64,000 nucleotides of DNA from Cetorhinus maximus (Eukaryota): contig NC_135890.1 in NCBI RefSeq assembly GCF_964194155.1, forward strand, positions 109,058,001 to 109,122,000, read 5' to 3'. The translations under genes were made by a program, and so were the position numbers. A model generated the notes under the pieces. The model was not told where the DNA came from. It saw only the letters and a list, made by a program, of their open reading frames with translations, and did not search any database. Positions within the stretch are counted from its first letter, which is position 1, and each line of letters starts with the position of its first letter. Shown here in pieces: positions 12,587 to 25,762 of this stretch.

Positions 12587-13895
12587 CAGGTACATTGTCT
12601 CAAATCTGGCTGTCCAAAAACCAAGCATTTTTATAATGTGCCATGAATCAATTTTAATTGAGTAAACTAAAATTAAAACTTAGATAAAAGCAAAAAACTG
12701 CAGATGCTGGAAATCCAAAACAAAAACAAAAATACCTGGAAAAACTCAGGTCTGACAGCATCTGCGGAGAGTAATACAGTTAACATTTCGAGTCTGTATG
12801 ACTCTTCAACAGAACTAAGGAAAAATAGAAAAGTGGTGAAATATAAGCTGGTTTAAGGGGGGGATGGGACAGGTAGAGCTGGATAGAGGGCCAGTGATAG
12901 GTGGAGATAACCAAAAGATGTTATAGACAAAAGAACAAAAAGTTGTTGAAGATGGTGATGATATTATCTAAGGAATGTGATAATAAAGATACAGATAGCC
13001 CTAGTGGGGGTGGGGTGGGGGGAAGGGATCGAAATAGCCTAAAAGGCAGAGATATAACAATGGATGGAAATACATTTAAAAATAATGGAAATAGGTGAGA
13101 AAAGAAAAATCTATATAAATTATTGGAAAAAAGGGGGATAGGAAAGGGGGTGGGGATGAAGGAGAGAGTTCATGAGTTTCTTTTCCCACCTATTTCCATT
13201 ATTTTTAAATGTATTTACATCCATTGTTTTATCTCTGCCTTTTAGCCTATTTCGATCCCTTCCCCCCACCCCACCAGGGCTATCTGTACCTTTATTATCA
13301 CATTCCTTAGATAATATCACCACCTTCAACACCTCTTTGTCCTTTTGTCTATGACATCTTTTGGTTATCTCCACCTATCACTGGCCCTCTATCCAGCTCT
13401 AAAACAAAAACAGAATTACCTGGAAAAACTCAGCAGGTCTGGCAGCATCGGTGGAGAAGAAGAGTCGACATTTCGGGTCCACACGACCCTTCAACAGAAC
13501 CAGCTATCCAGCTCTACCTGTCCCACCACCCCCCCCTTAAACCAGCTTATATTTCACCTCTTTTCTATTTTTCCTTAGTTCTGTTGAAGAGTCATACGGA
13601 CTCGAAACGTTAACTGTGTTCCTCTCCGCAGATGCTGTCAGACCTGCTGAGTTTTTTCAGGTATTTTTGTTTTTGTTTTAAAAATAAAACTTACCTGGAC
13701 AATTCGGCTAGGTGCTGCATTGATAAGGTGTGGTGCTGGAGTAGCCTCACTCTGCGCTCTGAGTGATCCTTGACCCCACCCGACCCAGTTTGACCTGAAC
13801 AGCCCACGGCCCAAATCACCCAACCTGAAATCTGGCAAGATCCGAAATCCAGCACGGTCTCGATCCTGAGGTTGCCAGTTTTGAGACTATACCTG
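12587..13895. mobile_element. Tigger/pogo-like non-autonomous DNA transposon hosting the Penelope fold-back insertion
   Basis: TIRs CAGGTACATTGTCTCAAATCTGGC (12587) and CAGGTATAGTCTCAAAACTGGC (reverse complement ending at 13895); TA on the left. Confidence 0.6.
12683..13679. mobile_element. Large fold-back Penelope 3'-region insertion containing a second nested pLTR fragment (13402-13503)
   Basis: 12683-13171 and 13172-13679 are inverted copies of the 3' region of the 54371-58219 element; TSD AAAA(T/A)TAAAACTTA-like 14-mer at 12669-12682 and 13680-13693 (1 mismatch). Confidence 0.9.
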
Positions 13896-14055
13896 TGCCA
13901 CAATCCCCATGCTGTACAAAAATAAACCGCTCAATTTCTTCCCAACTAAATCCATAGCACTGAAGGTGAATGTCTTCCACGAGAAAGAAGTTGTCAACTA
14001 TTAACATCTAGTTTATTGATGAAAGAGTTGACTTTTCTCAAATGAGCTTAGTTAC

Positions 14056-14193
14056 CTTGTGTAGGTTTATTGTCTTGTGCCTCAGTCTCTTTCTCATACC
14101 ACATGCTACAGATAAACAGAAGATAATAAAAGCCAGTAGAAGCAAAATGTAACTGGCCTTCAGTAAATGCTGACTGCAAAGAATACGGTCTTC
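14056..14193 (-). CDS. TMEM248/TMEM219-family protein, coding exon 5 (second TM helix); last exon not located (read-through gives ...NLHKVTKLI* ending at 14038)
   Basis: tttgtag|EDRILCSQHLLKASYILLLLAFIIFCLSVACGMRKRLRHKTINLHK|gtaact; aligns with TMEM248 DDRSLINLHLMHTSYFLFVMVITMFC; phase 0/0. Confidence 0.88.
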
Positions 14194-14676
14194 CTACAAA
14201 GGGAAAAAAACATTGAAATATAAATGGCAATATGAATTAATCAGTCTCCAATCCTTGCTGACTAAAATTTAGCACTGAACCATACAGACTAGAAGGTTGC
14301 AGATTAAATTCCTAGCCTCACTAACACCATTGGTACAATTGATACAATTTGCTTCAATGCCCCTGGGCTTTGGAGGGTTGGGGATGAACTCCTGCTGGAA
14401 TTCTTATATGAAGAATGGTCAACTGGGCAAGGTACTGGAGGGCAGCTAATGCCTGTGCAACAGTGCTCCAGCATGATTTTCCACTACCAGCGGGAAGGGA
14501 AAGAATCGCAAAAAAGTTCAAATAATCAAAACAAAAAAATAACTTTCAAAAGGCCTCTTAATTTGAAATAATTCAAAGAAATCCAAAACATATTTGATAT
14601 GGCCTTATTATGACACAGCCAATGATCCCAGGGGGAAACTTGGAACAACTGTCATAACCCATTTTTGAAATTTGTA

Positions 14677-15358
14677 TGTTGCGAGATGCAGGCTTTGAAT
14701 TCAGTCATAATAAAACTGCCAAGTCATAAGAGGTTTTTTATAAAACTAAATTAAACATTTATTAATACAAGAAAAATTTTAAGCACATACATATGTCTAT
14801 GAAATTATAGTAACTACAAAAATCTCCTAATTAATCTCTCAGTTACACCTCTGTTAAGGCAACAGTAAATCTCAGATTTTAAAGAGACACCTGGTAGGAC
14901 ACACCTTGGCCTTCAAAATGAGTTTCTTTCAGCTCTGGGTCCTTGCAGACAGCAGCTTGAGGCTTCTCACACTTGTTGGATCTTAAAAATACCTCTGCCT
15001 TACACACAATCTCCCTTACACATACCTTTCTCTTTGAATGTAAATTTTCTGTTGTATCACTAGGCTTTTAATCTTATCTTTTCTAACAATAACATTCTTT
15101 GATTCCATCAATTTAAAAAAAAACATTGCTCGGCGTCTTCTAGATAGGTGTAAGATTTCACCCGCAGTGCTGAATGGTTTCTTTTAACCAGTGCGAACTT
15201 ACACTTTATCTTCTACCTTATGTTTATCTAATTACTCAAAACTACTATACATCAAGGCACCCAGATTAGTTTTCTTTAATCCAAGACACACACACACAGA
15301 CCACACTAGAACTCTATTTTAAAATAATTTCCAGTAACATTATTATATCTTATTGACA
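14677..15358. mobile_element. Probable solo LTR (degenerate)
   Basis: Begins TGTTGCGA and ends ...TTGACA; internal AAACATTTATTAA block like the LTR at 60242-61427; no clear TSD. Confidence 0.35.
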
Positions 15359-15654
15359 GTCCTACACAGTTTTCTCAACAGATTTATGGATTTTTGCTGA
15401 TACCCATCTTCATACATGTTAGGAGATATGGAGGAAGGTCCACAGTAGACTTACAATTTCAGATTTCCCTTACACGCTCTGTGTGACCAAGCACCCAGCT
15501 GCTACTCTGTACTTTGCTCTTTCACCACAATATGGGTCAGAATTTTGACAGGTGGGCATTTTGGAAATAAATTATTTACATACAGTTGATTGAAAAGTTC
15601 TCTTTATATTATAATAGATTTGAGCAAATTGGTGACAACCAGGATAGAAGTGTT

Positions 15655-15800
15655 AAAAGCAAAATACTGTGGATGCTGGAAATCCAAAATAAGAACAGAA
15701 AATAACTGGAAAAACTCAGCAGGTCTGACAGCATCTGTGGAGAGAGGAGAGTCATACTGTCAGACCTGCTGAGTTTTTCCAGCATTTTCTGTTTTTATTA
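15655..15800. mobile_element. Short fold-back Penelope pLTR derivative about 40 bp downstream of a TMEM248-like exon donor
   Basis: CTGGAAAAACTCAGCAGGTCTGACAG ... CTGTCAGACCTGCTGAGTTTTTCCAG inverted arms. Confidence 0.85.
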
Positions 15801-15840
15801 CTATAGAGGAAAGTGTTCTTCTTTTGTTTCCAAGTCTCAC

Positions 15841-16000
15841 CTTTGACAGCACAATGGTAAATTTGGGTTCAGGTTTGTACTGTGCCTTGTAGCACTGAGC
15901 GGATGTGTGACTTTGTGGAGGTGTATTCTCTGAACTCTGTGCCAATGTGATCTGGTATAACACATCTGTGAGATTCTCCAAGTTACAGGAAGGAAAGTAT
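15841..16000 (-). CDS. TMEM248/TMEM219-family protein, coding exon 4
   Basis: tttgtcag|(R)YFPSCNLENLTDVLYQITLAQSSENTPPQSHTSAQCYKAQYKPEPKFTIVLSK|gtgaga; 160 nt, phase 2/0; matches TMEM248 P.C...CYK...PKLTVIV. Confidence 0.88.
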
Positions 16001-16344
16001 CTGACAAACAAAAGATGAAAATAAATAAATAAAAAAGGTCATCAACAACAATGAACATCAAAGCATGAACATATTTTGGGTTTTACTACTCCAGATACCA
16101 AGCTGCTAAAATGACGACTGATATAAAAACTACGATAAGTATATCACTCAAGAGTCCAAAATTACCATTGAAGAATTATTTATTTGTAAAATACTGTAAG
16201 TAATTGTTACATGCAGTAACAGTTTATACCATCTGTGGTTATTACAGGCAACCATCAATACTGGCCAATTAATTCTACCCTTTGTCATTCTCATAGATGT
16301 CAATTACAAAGGTGCGTTTATCCCATATTAAGTGCTCCTGTTTT

Positions 16345-16990
16345 TTTTAAAAATTCATTCGAGGGATGTGGGTTTTGCTGGCTGGGTCAGCATTTATTGC
16401 CCATCCCTAATTGCCCTTGAGAAGGTGGTGGTGAGCTGCCTTCTTGAACTACTGCAGTCCATGTGGGTAGGTACACTCACAGTGCTGTTAGAGAGGGAGT
16501 TCCACGATTTTGACCCAGCAACAGTGAAGGAACGGCGAAATATTTCCAAGTCAGGATGATGGGTGACTTGGAGAGGAACTTCCAGGTGGTGGTGTTCCCA
16601 GCTATCTGCTGTCCTTGTCCTTCTAGATGGTAGTGGTCATGGGTTTGGAAGGTGCTGTCAAAGGAGCCTTGGTGAATTCCTGCAATGTATCTTGTAGATG
16701 GTGCACACTGCTGCTACTGTGCATCAGTGGTGGAGGGCGTGAATGTTTGTGGATGTGGAACCAATCAAGTGGCCTATTTGTCCTGGATGGTGTCAAGCTT
16801 CTTGAGTGTTGTGGGAGCTGCACTCATCCAGACAAGTGAGGAGTATTCCATCACACTCCAGACTTGTGCCTTACAGATGGTGGACAGGCTTTGGGGAGTC
16901 AGGAGGTGGGTTACCCGTCACACAATTCCTAGTCTCTGACCTTCTCTTGTAGCCACAGTATTTATATGGCTAGTCCAGTTCAGTTTCTGA
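16345..16990 (-). mobile_element. CR1/L2-group LINE 3' fragment (same family as 10845-12576)
   Basis: Reverse complement of the 3' part of that family; further pieces at 17255-17790, 18810-19135, 58780-59070 and 59450-59590 (-) and 48065-48150 (+). Confidence 0.85.
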
Positions 16991-18293
16991 GCAGACTCAG
17001 CTATTAATCAGCAGTTTGCATCACATTAAGGTGTGATTACCTCGGCTACTTAATCCCTTGTCAGGTTAAAACATGTGCTAATCAGCACTGATGGCTGTTG
17101 TCAATATGACTGGAAAAAGGAAATTAATAAACCTCAGCACGGACATGGACCTTATAAACAACATGATGGCGCTGCTGAGGGTAAGCTAGGAACTTAGTAC
17201 AGGGCTTCACTCTAAAATCTACAGTTACAAATTTATAGACACACTGAATAGCTGACTTCTTTGGCCTAGATGATGTTGAACTTCTTGAGTGTTGTTCCAT
17301 CACACTCCTGACTTGTGCTTGGTAGATGGTGGCGTCAGAAGGAGATACGCTGCAGAATTTCCAATATCTGACCTGCTATTGTAGTCACAGAATTTATGTG
17401 GTTGGTCCAGTTAAGTTTCTGGTCAATGGTGACCCCCAGGATATTGATGATGAGGTTGATAATGCCATTGAATGTCAAAAGGAGATGATTAGGTTCTCTC
17501 TTGTTGGAAATGGTCATTCTTGCCACACAAGTGCCAGGCAATGTTACTCTCCACTTATCAGCCCAAGTCTTGCTTCAAAATCTGATAATAGCAAATGGAA
17601 CTTAGCAGTGGGCAATCATCAGCAAACATCCTCCATTTATGACATTGTGATGGAGAGAAGACATTGATGAAGCAGCTGAAGATGGTTAGACCTAGGACAC
17701 TACCCTGAGGAACTCCTGCAGCAATGTTTTGGGGCTGAGATGATTAGCCTTCAAAAACCACAACCATCTTGCTTTATAATAGGTATGACTCCAGTCAACC
17801 ATAGAGAGCAGCAGCGCCAAGCTCAATCCATTCTTCCTCATACATCAGACAAATTGCCATCTACCTATAACCACCTCTACCATCGCAGTCATTCATGCTG
17901 CTCTATATTGTTCCTCAACTACAACTTCACTGTCATCATCTAATCCCCTGGCTGTATCAAATTAACTCTTGTTCTCTTGTCTACTCATCCCTCTCTAAGA
18001 GGTATCAGGGTTTGCAATAATGGAAAATGCCCCCTGTTTAAATAAAAGGAGGATCCATTTATGACAGATATTCAAAAATTGGTTGCATTTCTAACGTAAA
18101 ATAACTGATTGGCCATCCAACTATAGGTTTGCTTCCCTTCCGGCTATCATAAATTGCTCAGCTTTGAACTAATAATTACTTTGTCTGTTAAAAAGAATGA
18201 GATTAAGGTTTCTGGGCAAAAAAGATTAGGAATCTCCAGATTTCTGACTCAACCCAAAAACAAACAGAACCCCTTGGTTCATTTTTCACTGAC

Positions 18294-18441
18294 CTTGCCT
18301 GGGGCAGAACATGTGCAGCTGCAGTCATTCTGATGCAGCTAAGGGGATTCTTGGTATTTGTGGAGTTTATTTGTGAAAGGTAATGTTCAGGTGGCCATGG
18401 CGATGTCAGCATGATATTAATAACCTCCTTTGCTTTAGAAT
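18294..18441 (-). CDS. TMEM248/TMEM219-family protein, coding exon 3
   Basis: ctctttcag|(D)SKAKEVINIMLTSPWPPEHYLSQINSTNTKNPLSCIRMTAAAHVLPQA(R)|gtcagt; 148 nt, phase 1/2; matches TMEM248 EEINITFTLP...ACMTLTASPGVFP. Confidence 0.9.
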
Positions 18442-19437
18442 CTGAAAGAGAAAGAAGATAGCACTTTGCAAACGGTCTAAAATAATGCTGGTAACTTTGT
18501 AGAAGCCTGCTGGGAAGCTCCTGAAAAATCTTCCAATTAAAAAACTGTTCCAAGATTGTTTAAACTTGTAAGTAAACGGGAATTATTGGACACAATATAC
18601 AGGTCAGTGATTTTGATTACCACAATATTGCATTATCTAGACTTTTGTTTTATTTTACAATGGACTAGACAGAAGGGTCACAGTCTACCCTACTGACTCA
18701 AATTCAGGAAGCCCAATGTAAACTGGTCAAATTTATAGATAATACTAAAATTAAACAAGGGGAGGAAGAGAGGGTATACATCAGAGGAAATAGTCAAAGC
18801 TTACAACTTTAAAAAAAAAATTCATTTACCGGATGTGGGCGTCATTGGCTAAGCCAATATTTTATTGCCCATCCATAATTGCCCTTGAGAAGATGGTGGT
18901 GAGCTGCCTTCTTGAACTGCCATAGTCTGTGGCGTACATACACTCACAATACTGTTAGGGAGGGAGTTCCGGGAGTTTGACCCAGCGACAGTGAAGGAAC
19001 AGCAATACATTTCCAAGTTAGGATGGCAAGTGGCTTGGAGGGGAACTTCCAGGTGATGGTGTCCCCACGTATCTCTGCTGCCTTGTCCTTCTGGATGGTA
19101 GCAGTCGTGGGTTTGGAAGGTGCTGCCTAAGGAGTCTATGTGGTGTCTTTAACGTAGAAAAACTTCCAAAAACCCCCTCTGAGGTATAATCTTCTCAAAG
19201 CATGGAGCTATTAGGAAAAGTTATCAAAAGCTATACTAAAGGAGTAGGTCACCTTATAAAAAGAGAAAAAGTGCATCTAACATAGCTTTAACTGACAGTT
19301 AGACTTGATGGCCAGCGTTTTCTGTATCTGTGCATTAAAAGAATGCAGAAGCACAAAATTATAGATGACATTTACAGGTTTAAACTTATCTTTAGTTATT
19401 AGTTCAGAAGGGGCTGCTACTGTACATTTGTGCTTAC

Positions 19438-19744
19438 CTTCCAGCCCCAGCAGGTTTCCAACTACCACAGCTTGGAGATGAGTTATGTCACCAGAAAATC
19501 TTTTTAACGGCTCCTTTAAATCAAAGGTCATTGGCACGAGCAGACTGACTGGTACGCCTTTTGTATAAGCAACAGTGGTTGAGGGTTGCCTTGTTGTCGT
19601 ATGAGCTAAAGGTTCTGGATCTGGTCGTCTCCTTATGGAACCATGTCCACTAGGTAGAGGTTCTGTGTTAGTCTGCCACAGGCTTTCATTTTCAGACAGA
19701 CAGAACTCCAGTTTACTGAGAGATTGCAGGACTGCATTCCAGGC
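19438..19744 (-). CDS. TMEM248/TMEM219-family protein, coding exon 2
   Basis: atttag|AWNAVLQSLSKLEFCLSENESL...VSLLVPMTFDLKEPLKRFSGDITHLQAVVVGNLLGLE|gtaagc; 307 nt open, phase 0/1; matches TMEM248 DWNTFLLRFNDLDLCVSENETL. Confidence 0.9.
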
Positions 19745-20774
19745 CTAAATCAATAGATAACAGACAGAACTCACATAAAAATTAGGGTTACTCATTATCA
19801 AATCTTGAAGTTATTCCCTCCCCTTCGTTCCTGAAGGTATTGAGTTGAAGCTTAGGTATGGATTCAGAGCTCTGCAGCCTCACTCATATGGCAATTATTT
19901 ATGTGAGCAAAGACAAGTGTTGTCCCACAATGAACAAGTTTTCCATCACCAAAATTGAGTTGGTCCACCATACGTACATTCATGCAGGTATGCCAACATC
20001 CTGGAAGTCACCATTGACCAGAAATTTAACTGGACCAGCCACATAAATGCCGTGTCTACAACGGCAGGTCAGACACCCATGGGGTTGTGATCTAGAACAT
20101 GAATCCTAGCCGATTTTTCTCCCACCAACTCCCCAACCTCAGCTGTTTGTGGCATAAAGCCGTGCCACCAAGGGTGTTCCAGGTTTCATCACTGGGCTAT
20201 GTTGATCCCAGCTAGCTGAAGAGCTACAATTGGTCTAAATGTACTAGGGAAGGAGAAGGTAAATTTGAGTTCCTAGTTCTCATCATTATCCTGTGGTTCC
20301 TGCATTTTTATGTTGGCATCTTTCATCTCAGCTGTGGTGCTCCTAGTTGAATAGATTGCCAGCCATTACCACCCAGGATAACACAAAGTGTGGTGACATG
20401 GGCTGGGTCGCAGAGGACTGAGAGCTCCTATGAAGCCATATCTTGTCATAAATCAGTGCTCTTCAGTAGCAAAGAAAATTAGCGGGGTGCTAGGGGGAAA
20501 CAAAAGAACGGTAGATCAGGAAGGACTCCCCATTCCCATTTTCTGGCCTCTTTTCCGAAGGCACTATAGTTCGGCTGAATTTCATTCAAATGGCTATCCT
20601 TCATGTATTGGTTAGACAGTAAGTATTGACAGGCTTTTTCAATCATATAGGGCAGCACAGTGTCCTCATCCAACATTTAAATATGAGCACTTTTGAATAA
20701 GGCCACTGGATAGGGATCAGAAATGGGAACCATGCCAAATTTATCCATGCTCTACTAAAGGGACGGTGAAAGAC

Positions 20775-21210
20775 ATAACTTGTATTTACATAATATCTTT
20801 CACATCCTCAGGACATCCCAAAGTGCTTAAGAGGGTATGAAAGATACTACATAAATTCAAGTTAGATGCAATACAAATTATTACAATTCAAAAATGATTC
20901 AATGTTCCCTTGTAGACAAATAGTCATTTTGCCACAGCAAGTCCTACAAATAGCACCAGGATAATCTCTTTCTGGTGGTGTTGGCTGAGGTATAAATGTT
21001 GGCCAGGGCAACCTAGTCATTACTGCACAGAAGGAGGCCCTGTTCTCCATAGGATCTTTTACATCAACCTGGCAGAGCACATAGGTGCTCCATTTAACAT
21101 CTTATCTGAAAGTTTGAAGTGGCAGACAAGATTACGCACTCAAGTCTGTATTGGGGGTTTTAACCCATGACTTTGGGACACGAATTCTACCACTGATCCT
21201 TGGCTGACAT
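20775..21210 (-). mobile_element. DeuSINE-like tRNA-derived SINE with L2-like tail; other copies at 46785-47170 and 47690-47890 (-)
   Basis: Minus strand has a tRNA-like head (TCAGCC..GG.TCAGTGGTAG), a Deu-domain-like TTTCAGATAAGATGTTAAA and an AAGCACTTTGGGATG tail. Confidence 0.6.
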
Positions 21211-21580
21211 TGAGATCAATTGCAGTTGCATTACTGCTATCGCAGTTGAGATTAAGTAATTCAGCATAGATTTGGGATCTTCTTCAGGGGAACATTAAGA
21301 AAATAAAACTTTAGCAACATCTGTTATTAACATACAGCACTTAGACAATAATAAACATGAGTTAAGTTAATTATGATGTACAGGTCCCCAAATATCAACA
21401 GGCAGGTGCACAAATGCAAGGGGAAAACCAATTTTACCCTCATATTTACATATGCATGAACAACATGGAGGAAGGAAAAATTAGACCACAGGGTTCTGGT
21501 TTGCTAGTAATGTGCAGCATCAAACAATCACTTTTGTGAAATTATCAGACTTGTTTTCTTGTTGCACTTTGTCAGCTTAC

Positions 21581-21739
21581 CTGAGGCACATCAGGGTTTG
21601 TGACTTCATGTGAATGGATGTAGATCCCGAGACTGAAGAAAGCGATGCCCAAAGAGCTGATGCTCAAAATAAATAAAACCATTGGTGGCCGGTGGACAAC
21701 AAAATACTTCACATTCTCCAATAGGTGCCATGTTACCAT
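21581..21739 (-). CDS. TMEM248/TMEM219-family protein, coding exon 1 (first TM helix); exon acceptor at 21757
   Basis: MVTWHLLENVKYFVVHRPPMVLFILSISSLGIAFFSLGIYIHSHEVTNPDVPQ|gtaagc; aligns with TMEM248 LENLKVYISSRPPLVVF and TMEM219 SPDIPQ. Confidence 0.92.
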
Positions 21740-23299
21740 GATGACAGCTGGTTACAACTAGATTAAAAAAAACAATTTACATACATGTAACAAGATGAGT
21801 AATGCTAGCGATATCTGTACGTACAACTCATAACTAAATTTGTATCGAATGGGAAGATTATTTTCTCCCTCATTTGCTAAATTGTGTTCAAGTTCCCAGC
21901 ACTATTCCCCACCCAAGCAGATGATCTGTTCCCAAAGATTGGGAGCTGGCAGAATATGAAATTCACCAACTGATTCTTCCTTCTTGTGGTGGAATGTCTA
22001 GCCTGGGCGCAAGGTTCTCTTCTCGCACAGCCAAGACTGGAAATTTGCTGGACATCAGAAAGGGCAACTGTGGACCAGCTTCCCACCTCTCTCGATAAAA
22101 TTTGTTCAAACCCAATGACCAGACTAATAATCCACCTGTGAAATACAATTCGACTCTCTCTTCTGTCACCCCGCCCCCATTCCATGCCCCAAACTTCCTG
22201 ACTCATGATATGCTGTTCATGTGGCCATTCGCCATTTGTCGGCAAGTTATTTGACCATGTTAGGGGGAAATCACAGATGTTTTTGCTATTTCAGTAAGAT
22301 GTCCATGCACCTGTACTGAACAGCAAGGATCAGTAGACATCAATCAAATGCGGGCTCCTTGTTTGATTTTTCTCCAACAACATTTAAGGTTAAGTGTAAA
22401 ATACTTCAAAAGAGATAAGGAAATAATGAGTCCTCTGGGGTATTTTGATATATTTTATTAAAAATAAAAAGAGTACATTAAAGGAATAGCATTTAAGCAA
22501 ACCCCAATTTTTGAAGAGGTCAAGACTCCTACAGTTCAAAAAATTAGCTGGCACACGTGGCAGCCAACACAACAGGGTAGGTTTCAGTCAGTTGTTCCAA
22601 GCAATAAGCTTGTACAAAAGCTCCCAAATCAGACAGCAACATACTTCTGAGCTTGAGCTTCAGTATTTGACTGAAGAGGCGCAATGTCGGTGATGTGACC
22701 GCCAGAATCAGAGCAGGCAGTTTGAGGTTTCACTCTGTCCATTAGTTCCTTCTTTTCCTTCCGTGCTGTTCTCAGTCACAACTACTCCCTCAGCTGTAGA
22801 ATGGTGGAAAAAAAAATAAGCCGACCACAAAACAGATTTCATCAGACCAACTTCCCTGCAGCCCATATAACCGTTATACCCACTGCACCTGAGTCAGTGC
22901 AGTTTGGTCTGTAGCACAGATAGCCTACCACTGACATGAAAACCATATCTGTGCCTTCCCCGCAAAAGCAGTAACGTTTTCATTGTAAAAATACAACGCT
23001 GAAAAGGGTCTGTAAAGCACAAATATCGGTTTTCTCTCGGATGCTTTGCATGCTGTTGAGACAACAAAGATATATTATCCCTTTTAACAGGGTTGACTTT
23101 GTCGGTAAAATCAGAGTCTGAACCTAAATTTTTGCATCATCTCGCATCTAATCCAAAACAGGATTTCTAATATCCAATTCCACCAGTGTAATTCTTGTCA
23201 AGAAATCAAAACTTCCAAATTTACCTTCCTTTAGCTCAATTTCCCTACAATCCAAGTATTTTTAAAATAAGTTATTTAATCTACGCTACTATTTAAAAA

Positions 23300-23910
23300 A
23301 CTAACCCTCGACACTACCGCCATTGCAAACTACTGACCCATCTCAAACCTCCCTTTCCTCTTCAAAGTCCTTGCCTCCCAAATTGTGCCCATCTTTCCCA
23401 GAAATCCTGTGTGAATCCCTCCAATCAGGTTTCTGCCCCTGCCACAGTACTGAAACAGCTCTTATAAAAGTCACAAACGACAACCTCTGTGACTGTGACA
23501 AAGGTAAACTATCCTTTCCCATCTTTCTCGACCCGTCTGCAGGCTTTGACGTAATATCACCCTCCTCCAACCTCTCCACCCTTGTCTAGTTGGATGAGGC
23601 TGCTCTCGCCCAATTCCATTTTTTTTTCTCTCTAATCATAGCCTGAGTATCATTCTAAATTATTTTCCTGCTCCCGCACCTTTTGCTCTGATGTTCATCC
23701 AAGGATCTATCCTTGCCACTCCCCCCTCAACCCTCCTATTTCACATGCTGCCCTTCGGCAACATTATGCAAAAGAACAGTGTTCTTTTTTCACCACCTCT
23801 TTCGATACCTCCACTGTTGCTAAATTATCAGACTGCTTATCTAACGTCCAGTACTGGATGAGCAGAAATTTCCTCCAATTAAATATTGGAAGCAGTGAAG
23901 CCATCGTTTG
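23300..23910 (+). mobile_element. L2-type LINE RT fragment, decayed
   Basis: QSGFCPCHSTETALIKVTND...LDPSAGFD is a typical L2 RT segment. Confidence 0.8.
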
Positions 23911-24519
23911 CAATCCAGTAATTACTGCTGAAAGTGTGCATATGTGCTACAAACACTCAATACCTAGAACAGCTTATAAGCGGTAACAGAGGTGAAATCT
24001 AGGATTCCTCGTTTTTCTTTTAAAATAGAATCCTCAACGTACCATCAAATCTCAATTGTAGGTTCAAAGTCAGTTCTCCATGTGGCATGCCTAATAGCAG
24101 ATGAGCATGAAAGACAGTCCTGGCTTGAATTTAACCAATTTCACTATTTATTTACAGTAGGTTCTCAAAACTCCATAAAAGCTCATAAGCAGGTTGGGTG
24201 TCACTGTCCTTCCCTCGCTCCCTAAGGTTTACCACGTGGAAAAATTTACTTTCAGATCTTGAGAGTACATCCTTACAGTTCCTGCTTCCTGAGGAAGATC
24301 TATCAGCTGGGCAAGATGATTGACCAAAGGCAGGGCCCAATCAGAACCAAGGTACAAATCCAAATCATAGAATAACTTAGCATCAATAAAAATTAAAATT
24401 AACCTCAGGCTCTAGGAAAACTAATGCACATTATCCTGGAAGAAATTGAAAATTCCTGATTGTAAATAATACCATATTTCTTCCATCCAGCTCTGAGCTC
24501 CATAAGTACCAAATTACAG

Positions 24520-25762
24520 AGTTGATGAAAGGTATGAAAGGCCAGGGCCACTCAGCTCCTGATCTTATTACAGCCTTGGTTCAAACATGGACAAAAGAGC
24601 TGAACTCCCAAGGTGAGGCAAGAGTGACTGCCCATGACATCAAGGCAGTATTTGACCGAGTGTGGCATCAAGGAGCCCTAGCAAAACTGGAGTCAATGGG
24701 AATCAGGGGGAAAACTCTCCACTGGTTGGAGTCATGTTTAGCACAAAGGAAGATGGTTGTGGTTGTTGGTAGTCAGTCAATCATCTCAGTCCTGGGACAT
24801 CGCTGCAGGAGTTCCTAGGCCCAACCATCTTCAGCTGCTTCCTCAATGACCTTCCCTCCATCATAAGATCAGAAGTGGGGATGTTCCAGATGATTGCATT
24901 ATGTTCAGCACCATTCACGGACTGTTTCAGTATCTGAGGAGTCATGTCCAAATGCAGCAAGGCCTAGACAATATCCCGGCTTGGGCTGATTGGTGGCAAG
25001 TAACATTTACGCCACACAAGTGCCAGGCAATCACCATCTCCAACAAGAGAAAATCTCACCATCACCCGTTGACATTCAATGGCATTACAATCGCTGAAAC
25101 CCCACTATCAACATCCTGGGGGCTTACCATTGACCAGAAACTGGACTGGACCAGCCATATAAATTCTGTGGCTACCAGAGCAGATCAAAGGCTGGGAATT
25201 CTGTGGAATTCTCATCTCCTGACTCCCCAAAGCCTGTCCACCATCTACAAGGCACAAGTCAGGAGTGTGATGGAAGATTCTGCACTTGCCTGGATGGGTG
25301 AAGCGCCAACAACATTCAAGAAGCTTGACACCATCCAGAACAAAGCAAAACACTTGATTGGCACCCCACCCACCACCTCCACCACTGATGCACAGTGCTA
25401 GCAGTATGTACCATCTATAAGATGCACTGTAGCAACTCATCAAGGTCCTTCAACAGCACCTTCCAAACCCATGAACCCTTTCACCGAGAAGGACAAGGGC
25501 ACTGGATGCATGGGAACACCACCAGCTGCAAGTTCCCCTCCAAGTCACACACCACCCTGACATGGAACTACATCACTGTTCCTTCACTATGACTGGATCA
25601 AAATCCTGGAACTGCCTTCCTAAAAGTAGCGTGGGTGTTTCTACAACATGGACTGCAGTGGTTCAAGAAGGCAGCACACCAACTTCTCAAGGGCAATGAG
25701 GGATGTGCAATAAATGCTGGCTGAGCCAATACCACCTACACCCCATGAATGAATTAAAAAAA
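24520..25762 (+). mobile_element. CR1/L2-group LINE, RT to 3' end
   Basis: DIKAVFDRVWHQG and YKAQVRSVME motifs; same 3' terminus as 10845-12576. Confidence 0.88.

Noticed and set aside
13695-14007. Exon-like segment with a GTAAGT donor at ~13694
   Set aside because: Most of it lies inside the Tigger-like element 12587-13895 and it shows no similarity to the TMEM248 family C-terminus.
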